A stretch of DNA of 64,000 nucleotides from Acidobacteriaceae bacterium. GTDB lineage: Bacteria; Acidobacteriota; Terriglobia; Terriglobales; Acidobacteriaceae. Shown one piece after another: positions 26,295 to 33,715 of the stretch. Both the position numbers and the translations under genes were made by a program. The notes beneath the pieces are model-generated. The model saw only the letters and a program-made list of their open reading frames with translations, was not told where the DNA came from and ran no database searches. The stretch spans positions 716 through 64,715 of the forward strand of contig DATAZC010000034.1 of NCBI GenBank assembly GCA_036272255.1. Reading direction: 5' to 3'. Numbering within the stretch: the stretch's first letter is position 1; each line of letters begins with the position of its first letter.

Positions 26295-29200
26295 CACCAG
26301 ACTTTCCTTCACTGACCAGGCAGCCGCCTTCTCGATCGCGTCCGCCTATCGCATCACGCCGAAAGTCATCGGAACGTGGAATCCTTATCTCATCCGCACC
26401 CCGCGCTTGCTGGTACCCATGCAGGTCGACGCGTTGGTCGTTCGTCCGAATGAGCCCACGCAAAGCTGGGCCGACTGCGCGCTCAAACCCGACCCGCAGC
26501 AGACCACGCCGGTCACACGATACGACATCTTGCCCACGCCCTTTGCTGAACTCAAGCAGGCGCGCACAGCTGGAGCTTATCTCCACTGGTCGCTTCCGGA
26601 TGCGCTTACCCATGGCTATGCCGATGCAACGGGGGACACGACAACCTTCCCGGCCGCACCCGATCGCTGGCTCATCCTGCGCACGTATCCATCGCCCACG
26701 ATCTTCCGCGCCGCGGCGGGCACCGTCGGCCTGCGCGGTCTCAAAGGCTGGGTTCTCCGCGCCGGCGACCAGAATCCCGTTCCCATCGATCTGGATTCGT
26801 TCACTGAGGGTCCGCCCTCACAGGACGCGATCAACAATCCGCTCACCGTTCTCGGCACGGGGGACGTAGCCTGGGCCGCGTACTACGACAACTGCGTCAA
26901 CCGTCTGGCGTTCTACGACAGTCTCAGCGATATCTCGGAAGGGCCGGTCAGTTATTTGGTGTGCGGCTGGTACTCCAATCCGGCTCAGGATCCACTGGGC
27001 GACCAGCAGGTGCACTCGCTTACCGACTTCAACAACAAGATGGAGGAATATCAGTGGCAACTCGCGCAGGGTGAGCTCGACGAATCCATCGAGCACGCGC
27101 GCAACTATGTCATCGCCGCCCGCGGCCTCGGACTTGAGACGAATCTCTTCGCTCCGTCCCTTGCCTACAACGACGCACTCAACTCAGCCGCGCCCAAGGT
27201 CGGCTTCGCTGTTTCCGACACGCCTTCCTCGATGCCGCAGTTCAGTGGCACCGGCGAGGCGCTCGGTCCCTACACCACAGATGGATCGTGGTGGCCCAAC
27301 GCCATCCTTGTGCACGGCTGCGTTGTGGCCATTGGCTGGCCCACCGTCGGCTGGCCTGGCAACGAAACTGGTCTCCTCTCCGGCGAGACCGGCGGTCCGC
27401 CGGCGGCATCGGCGATCAACGTCGCAGTGGGGAATACGCTCACGGAGGCGCTCGCCGCGCTGGTCGCGAAACAAAATAATCTGCCCAACGAAGCGCGCAT
27501 CCTCGAAGGTTTTCTCCTCAGCTCTCTGGCAGACCTTGAGCAGCCCGATGGTCGCGCGCGTCTCGATGCGCTCCTGCAGGCTACCGCATTCGGATCGCTC
27601 GACGGCGGGTCCACGACCGAGACCATCAACATCCCCGCCATGCCGGACACGCCGCCGCCGCTGCCCAAGCCGGTGCAGCCCGGCCCCGGCGTCTTCGCCG
27701 GATCGGTGGCAGCAACCAACGCGCAGCAGACGGCATTCGCCAGCGGAAAATTCGTCGAGAACACCGTCAAGCTCGGCGGCACTGCCGCGGCAAAATTCTC
27801 TGAGTCTCTGGAAACCGTGCGCGAGACCACGTTCCTGAACGGCGGACTATCGTCGGTGATCAACGCCGTCCACACTGCGCCTGCGACTCCGCAAATCCCC
27901 GCTCACACCGCTCAAGTGAATCGCGCCCTGCCTCGCCTTTTCTACCCCAGCGAGCCGGTGTTTCTGCTGGAAGGCGCCAGCCGCACCTTTAAATACGGTG
28001 CAGACAATCGCCTCTCTCAGGACGACACGCTGGTGTGCCGCCTCTCCGGTTTTTACGCTGAAGCCGTCAGCGCCAATCTTTCTTCATCCACCGGAGCGCA
28101 AGCGCTCGTCTATCGTCCCACCTCCACTGCCGATCCGATTCTCGAACGCAGCGTTGAGAACGGCAGCGTTCCGCCGGAGTGCGAAGACTTGCTGCGCGAA
28201 CTCATCGTTCTGGATCCATCGGCCGCGGTGAATCTCGCTCAGGCGGCCCTGACACCGGTCAGCCCCTTCCGCATTGCAGCGACTACGACCAATGCCGGTC
28301 CTGCAGCTCCCGTCGCGCCGCCGCCCGCCGCAACCGCCCCTACCACCGCCCAGATCAACGCCGTCGCGAAGAACATTGTCGTCGAGCAAACTGCGTGGTG
28401 GGCCACGCGCGATCCTCGCTTCGACCACGGCCCTCTGGTCGCCAACAGCGGCATCGTCGGTACGTTGCCGTCACCGATTGCCGTTACACCGCCGGTCCAG
28501 CCCTGGAATCCCATTCACCTCGACTGGCAGATCGAGTACATCCCGTCAACCAACGGCGTGGCGGACTGGACCCTTGGCGAAATTGATTACTCCAGCGATC
28601 CCACCATCGCGCCTCCGGCACCGGATCCCACGCAGCAAACGGGCGCGAACGGACAGTCCACGCAGCAACCGCCCGGCAGTCTGACTCTTTCCGGACGCGC
28701 TCATCTCACCGGCGGTGCGGCCGCAACAGCCGCAGCCAGCTTGCGCATTGCTATGACCCAGGCCCAGGCGGCGGGCGGCGCCGGTTCACTCGCGCCCAAT
28801 ACCACTGCGGCGTTTCACTCCGTCTACGCGCAGCTTGCACTCGGCTCCTACGCAAAGATGGCCGAGAACATCAAGGTCCGCATCACTCCGGCGGCTGGGG
28901 CGACAAACACCGTTCCAGCCGTCGATCGCAGCGCGCTTCAGGACATTCTCGACACGCTCGACAGTATGGACGTCCTTGCTGGAGCGGCCGACAACTTCAC
29001 CCGGCAGATGCGTGGAGGCTATCTCCCCGACGGTAAGTCGGCGCCTGCGGACCACTCGATTCCCACCCCGTTTATCCCGCTTCGTGCCGGCTTCATCCGC
29101 ATCCTGCGCCTTCGACTGGTCGACAGCTACGGGCAATTTCTCGATCTGGTCGGCTCCAGCGACACCGCGATCATCGACTCTACCCAACTCATCGAATCCG

Positions 29201-30390
29201 AGTCCCTGCAGACTCCCGGCCGCCCCGAGTTGCTCGCTTTGCCGCCGCGCTACACATCGCCCGCCCGCCTGTGGTTCCGCTACATGGCGGCAGATGGTTC
29301 CGAAAACGAAGCCAATGCGACCACATCGCCGGTTTGCGGATTTCTGATGCCGAATCACCTTGATGGGGATCTGGAGTTTTTCGATGATGCTGGCGGAAAT
29401 CTCGGTTTCGTCCGCCCCGACCCACAGGCAGGGATCGTTTGGGAAGATGCGCCGGGCATTCCATCGACCGTCGGCCAGTCACCGGCGCGCGCCGTCCCCA
29501 ATCCATATGCGGCAGGCGTCGCCGAAGGCCTGTTGCAATGGGGCCTGGCCGACGCCACCAACACCGGCCTTCCCGAGGATGCCCTCAGCGCCATGCTCCG
29601 CATCATCGACTCAACGCTGTGGACCGTTGATCCGTTCGCCAGCTCAACCGATGAGCATCTGTCTTTGCTCGTCGGCCATCCGGTCGTCATTTTGCGCGCA
29701 AGGGTCAAGCTCGAAGTCCAGGAGCCGATCGACACCTCGGTGATCAACACCAAACCGGTTTCGCTTCGACTCGGAGCACTGCCTCAATGGCAGGATGGCC
29801 TCCTCGGTTATTTCGTCAACGACGATTACACCCGCCTCTATTGTGCCGATGCCGCCATTGCCGGTTTCGCCCGCCAGGTAGGCCCCGGGCGCGGCTTCCT
29901 GCAACAGGCCAATCTCGTTCCCGACTACTACCAGACCTTCTCCGATGACATCGGCGATACCGTGACCGAAGGCAACAGTCCGGTCACTCACCCTTATGTC
30001 GACGCGGGCTTGATGACGATCCAGCCGAACCAGGAAGTTTCTCTTACTCTGCTCGTCGAACCACACTGCGTGGTCCATGCAACCTCAGGCATACTGCCGC
30101 GCAAAGAAATCGGGATGCGCCGGGAATGGGTCGCCGCTGCACTGGCCGCGCTGTCGCCTACATTTCGCTTTGGCCCGGTACTGGTCGACCCAAAGACGCT
30201 GCGCATGCCGGTGCCCAATGAGATTCACGGCACCTGGAGCTGGGATCATCGCGCCGACATTACTACGTGGGCCGAGGACCCCATCGTGGCGGCGACGCAG
30301 GACGCTCATCTTCGTCCCGACCCGGCCAGCGGCACTGAGGGCTGGATGCGAATGATGCCGCCACCGCCCCCCGGCAATTCGAAGTCCTGA
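26284..30390 (+). CDS. Operon gene E: 1368-aa protein, unknown function
   Basis: A long GC3-rich ORF overlapping gene D. Three Pro/Ala/Thr/Gln low-complexity linkers lie near 27630-27700, 28282-28353 and 28603-28680. There is no signal peptide and no credible catalytic motif. Confidence 0.8.
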   Translation: MAINTRLSFTDQAAAFSIASAYRITPKVIGTWNPYLIRTPRLLVPMQVDALVVRPNEPTQSWADCALKPDPQQTTPVTRYDILPTPFAELKQARTAGAYLHWSLPDALTHGYADATGDTTTFPAAPDRWLILRTYPSPTIFRAAAGTVGLRGLKGWVLRAGDQNPVPIDLDSFTEGPPSQDAINNPLTVLGTGDVAWAAYYDNCVNRLAFYDSLSDISEGPVSYLVCGWYSNPAQDPLGDQQVHSLTDFNNKMEEYQWQLAQGELDESIEHARNYVIAARGLGLETNLFAPSLAYNDALNSAAPKVGFAVSDTPSSMPQFSGTGEALGPYTTDGSWWPNAILVHGCVVAIGWPTVGWPGNETGLLSGETGGPPAASAINVAVGNTLTEALAALVAKQNNLPNEARILEGFLLSSLADLEQPDGRARLDALLQATAFGSLDGGSTTETINIPAMPDTPPPLPKPVQPGPGVFAGSVAATNAQQTAFASGKFVENTVKLGGTAAAKFSESLETVRETTFLNGGLSSVINAVHTAPATPQIPAHTAQVNRALPRLFYPSEPVFLLEGASRTFKYGADNRLSQDDTLVCRLSGFYAEAVSANLSSSTGAQALVYRPTSTADPILERSVENGSVPPECEDLLRELIVLDPSAAVNLAQAALTPVSPFRIAATTTNAGPAAPVAPPPAATAPTTAQINAVAKNIVVEQTAWWATRDPRFDHGPLVANSGIVGTLPSPIAVTPPVQPWNPIHLDWQIEYIPSTNGVADWTLGEIDYSSDPTIAPPAPDPTQQTGANGQSTQQPPGSLTLSGRAHLTGGAAATAAASLRIAMTQAQAAGGAGSLAPNTTAAFHSVYAQLALGSYAKMAENIKVRITPAAGATNTVPAVDRSALQDILDTLDSMDVLAGAADNFTRQMRGGYLPDGKSAPADHSIPTPFIPLRAGFIRILRLRLVDSYGQFLDLVGSSDTAIIDSTQLIESESLQTPGRPELLALPPRYTSPARLWFRYMAADGSENEANATTSPVCGFLMPNHLDGDLEFFDDAGGNLGFVRPDPQAGIVWEDAPGIPSTVGQSPARAVPNPYAAGVAEGLLQWGLADATNTGLPEDALSAMLRIIDSTLWTVDPFASSTDEHLSLLVGHPVVILRARVKLEVQEPIDTSVINTKPVSLRLGALPQWQDGLLGYFVNDDYTRLYCADAAIAGFARQVGPGRGFLQQANLVPDYYQTFSDDIGDTVTEGNSPVTHPYVDAGLMTIQPNQEVSLTLLVEPHCVVHATSGILPRKEIGMRREWVAAALAALSPTFRFGPVLVDPKTLRMPVPNEIHGTWSWDHRADITTWAEDPIVAATQDAHLRPDPASGTEGWMRMMPPPPPGNSKS

Positions 30391-30481
30391 GTTTTGCGCG
30401 TGGTTGTCTCCGCACGATCAGAAGGGTGGGGCTTTCGCCCCGAAGGAAACACCGGATTCAACGAAGCTGAGGAGCTGAACG

Positions 30482-33400
30482 ATGGCCGACCCAATCAGAA
30501 AAATCGATCCTTCCGACGTGGGCGAGAGCGGTCCGGCCTTCCTCCTCGACCACTCCGATCCCGCCGGCGTTCCACGACCCGATGTCTGGCGGCAAGCCGT
30601 CGCCGATTTCTACCAGCTCGATCTCGATGCCAGTGTGCTCTGGTCGCAGATCGGCCCCGCTCCTCTGATCGTTAACGGCGACCAGATCTTCATGGGCATC
30701 GGTCCCGACTCCGGCGAAGTGACCGATATTCTCGTCGATCCCTCCGGCGCCAGCGATCAGACCCTCTACATCACCACCGACGATGGCGGAATCTGGAAAA
30801 CGGCCGATGGCGGGTCTAACTGGAGTCCACTCACGGATCAGATGTTCTCCATCTCGATGGGAGCCGTTGCGATGGATCCGGGCAACAACAAGATTCTCTA
30901 TGGTGGGAGCGGCAATCTCTTTGATGGGGGGTCCGCTTTCACCAAGGGCGCGGGGATCTACCGTTCTGCCGATGCCGGCCTGACCTGGAGCATCGTAGAC
31001 GGCGGCTACTTCGGCAGCATCTTCGCCAACGTGGGCATCATTCGAATCGTCTGTCCCGTGCCCGACTGTTTGTTGGTCGCCACCAGCAGCGGGCTTTATC
31101 GTTCCATTGACGCAGGTCGCAACTTTGGCGCCAATGCGCCTACCTTCGACGACCGCCAACCGGTCGTGCCTGGTAAAATCTGCTGCCTGCTGCTCGATTC
31201 AGCCACTCCAGCCAGCACCGTTTACTGCGGCGTCGCCGGGACTTCCACCGATGCCAACGGAAATGCCCTTCCTAACGTTGGCCTTCTCAAGTCTACGAAC
31301 GCCGGCATTACTTTTCCCACCAACCTGTTCAGCGACCCAACCGCGCCTCAACTTCCCTATGGCTCCTTCGTCATCGCGCAGTCCTCGTTCGATCGCGCCA
31401 CCGCGAACAGCACCGTTATCTATGCCAGCGTGCAAACCACCCTCGCGAACGGCACGCCCTCGTATGTCGGCCTGTTTCGTTCCAGCAACTCCGGATCCAC
31501 CTGGACGCAACTGAACAACCTGTCCGCGGTCGCCTCAAAAAACGTACCTGGCGACACCAACAACGCCGGCTTTACCCAAACTAACTACGACCTGACGCTG
31601 GGCGTCGATCCTGTCAATTCCCAACGTGTCTATGCCGGCTTCCAGCAGCTTTGGTTGTCAGCAGATGGTGGAACGACGTTCCAACCGGCATCCATCACCG
31701 CCTCGAAGGTTCACTGGGACAATCATGTTCTCGTCTTTAGTCCCGCGACGCATCGGCCCACACCCCCCGCCGCTCCCGCTCTTATCCCGCCTACCATCCT
31801 GTACACGGGAACCGATGGCGGCATCGCGACCAGCAACGACGGCGGCAAATCCTGGAACCCCATCAACACTGGCATCGCCAGCAATCTTTTTCGCGGTATC
31901 GATATCGGCAGAGGCGGTACCGATAACGGCAAAGGTGTGCCCAATCAGTTCACTTTCGGTGGCTGCCAGGATACCGGCACGATGGGCCATCGCCCCACGG
32001 ATATCGCCGGACAGTGGCATGCCGGCATCAACGGAGATGGCTGGCTGGTGGCCGTCGACCCCACCGATCCCACGATTGTCTATGGCTTTGACGATCAGTA
32101 CTTCATCAAGTCCACCGACGCAGGCGCCACCTGGGCGGCCACCTATAACAGCCCGCTCACTATCGGAAAAGGGCTCTCCAATCCCCAGGCCAGTTTTGCG
32201 CGCGCTGTCGCTCTCGACCAGACTGGCGCTAATGCTGCCGCGCGAACCGTGTATGTGAGCGAGATCAGCGCCCTCTTCAAGAGCACGGACTCGGGCGTGA
32301 ACTTCACCGCCACTCCTCTTGCTCCGGCAGGGTTCATTACCTGCATCGTGACCACCGTTGCAGCTGCCGGACTGGTCTGGGTCGGCGCTTTCGATGGTTC
32401 TGTCCACTGCTCAGCCGATAGCGGCGTTACCTGGGATGCGGCGCCCCTGAACACTACGCCCGGCGGGGCGGGCATCCCGATGGGGCCCGTCAATTCCATT
32501 GCGGTTGATCCCACCAACGCGCAACGTATCGCTGTCGTCTACGGCGGAGTGTCCGCCATCAACGCCAAATACAGAACCCGCCACGTCTTTCTCTCCATCG
32601 ACAACGGCGCCAACTGGACCGACGTGAGCGGAACCGACGGCAACGGTCCCGTTGGAAATCTACCCGATTTGCCGTTGCGCTCCGTCGTGTTCGACACCAG
32701 CGCTACTCCTGCCGCCATCGTTGTAGCCGGCGACGCCGGCGTTCTTCGTTCTGCCGACGCCACCATCACGGGGACGGGCTCGACCGCTGTCGGTACAGCT
32801 ACATGGAAGATTTACGGTGCCGGCCTTCCCATGGTCTGCTGCAACTCCCTGGCGATCGACAACTCCGTCTCGCCGCCCGTTCTGCGCGTAGGGACTTATG
32901 GACGAAGCTGCTACGAGGTCACCCGCCCCACCGGCGGCCCCAGCTTTGCATCGGACAACAACCTGGCCTTTGGCGTGGCCGCCACAGGCCAGTCCGTCAC
33001 CCTGCCGTTCTACGTGTACAACTGCGGAAACGCGTCACTGGACATTTCCGCCAGCAGTGTCGTTGGCCCTGGCCCCTTCACTTTCGGCGCGACACCAGCC
33101 TTTCCTGTCTCGGTTGCACCGGGCGCAACCCAGGCCTTCCAGATTACCTGGGCGCCAACGGCAACGGGCGACGACTTCGTGCTTCTGCAGTTAACCACCA
33201 ACGATCCAACGCAAGCCACGAGCACCATTCCTGCGAGCGGAACCGGTGTGAACACCGGGCTCGTTCAGCGCCTCGCTACCAACCCCATCGCAAGCGTTGG
33301 CTTTGGCACCGTCACGACCGGAGCGAACCGAACCATCACCGTACAGCTCTTCAACGTGGGCACCGCGGCTCTGAACATCGCATCGATCACTTTATCCAAC

Positions 33401-33643
33401 GGCAGCGCCGACTTCTCGCTGAATCCCGCGCCTGCATTTCCAATTGCGATACCACCTGGCGGCGAATCCGATATCACCGTGCAGTTTGCCCCCTCGGGCA
33501 GCGGCGCGCTCACCGCCGAGTTCACCATCGCCAGCGACGACCCACACTCGCCGCTCAAACTCACCGCGTCGGGGACAGGTTTTCAGGCCGCCTCTGGCTT
33601 CTGGACCCAGTTCCTCACGATGCTCGGACTCGCGCATCCGTAG
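30482..33643 (+). CDS. Operon gene F: BNR/Asp-box beta-propeller protein with two C-terminal Ig-like (choice-of-anchor-D/ASH-like) domains, no signal peptide
   Basis: GAGGAG lies 8 nt upstream. At least 11 Asp-box motifs (S-x-D-x-G-x-[TS]-[WF]) are present: TADGGSNWSP, SADAGLTWSI, SIDAGRNF, STNAGITF, SSNSGSTWTQ, SADGGTTFQP, SNDGGKSWNP, STDAGATWAA, STDSGVNFTA, SADSGVTWDA, SIDNGANWTD. Two ~100-aa repeats lie at 32959-33580 (FG.....G......V.N.G.A.L.I.S). Confidence 0.85.
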   Translation: MADPIRKIDPSDVGESGPAFLLDHSDPAGVPRPDVWRQAVADFYQLDLDASVLWSQIGPAPLIVNGDQIFMGIGPDSGEVTDILVDPSGASDQTLYITTDDGGIWKTADGGSNWSPLTDQMFSISMGAVAMDPGNNKILYGGSGNLFDGGSAFTKGAGIYRSADAGLTWSIVDGGYFGSIFANVGIIRIVCPVPDCLLVATSSGLYRSIDAGRNFGANAPTFDDRQPVVPGKICCLLLDSATPASTVYCGVAGTSTDANGNALPNVGLLKSTNAGITFPTNLFSDPTAPQLPYGSFVIAQSSFDRATANSTVIYASVQTTLANGTPSYVGLFRSSNSGSTWTQLNNLSAVASKNVPGDTNNAGFTQTNYDLTLGVDPVNSQRVYAGFQQLWLSADGGTTFQPASITASKVHWDNHVLVFSPATHRPTPPAAPALIPPTILYTGTDGGIATSNDGGKSWNPINTGIASNLFRGIDIGRGGTDNGKGVPNQFTFGGCQDTGTMGHRPTDIAGQWHAGINGDGWLVAVDPTDPTIVYGFDDQYFIKSTDAGATWAATYNSPLTIGKGLSNPQASFARAVALDQTGANAAARTVYVSEISALFKSTDSGVNFTATPLAPAGFITCIVTTVAAAGLVWVGAFDGSVHCSADSGVTWDAAPLNTTPGGAGIPMGPVNSIAVDPTNAQRIAVVYGGVSAINAKYRTRHVFLSIDNGANWTDVSGTDGNGPVGNLPDLPLRSVVFDTSATPAAIVVAGDAGVLRSADATITGTGSTAVGTATWKIYGAGLPMVCCNSLAIDNSVSPPVLRVGTYGRSCYEVTRPTGGPSFASDNNLAFGVAATGQSVTLPFYVYNCGNASLDISASSVVGPGPFTFGATPAFPVSVAPGATQAFQITWAPTATGDDFVLLQLTTNDPTQATSTIPASGTGVNTGLVQRLATNPIASVGFGTVTTGANRTITVQLFNVGTAALNIASITLSNGSADFSLNPAPAFPIAIPPGGESDITVQFAPSGSGALTAEFTIASDDPHSPLKLTASGTGFQAASGFWTQFLTMLGLAHP

Positions 33644-33715
33644 TCGGAAGCGGTTGGCTAAACAAGTAGAACGTTCCAGATGGAATTAATGTCCGCGCGG
33701 TCTTAGGCCCGGCCA

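Noticed and set aside
29017-29040. Walker-A-like string GYLPDGKS in gene E
   Set aside because: It formally matches GxxxxGK[ST], but no hydrophobic strand precedes it and Pro-rich APADHSIP follows instead of a helix. I saw no Walker B partner, so it is probably chance.
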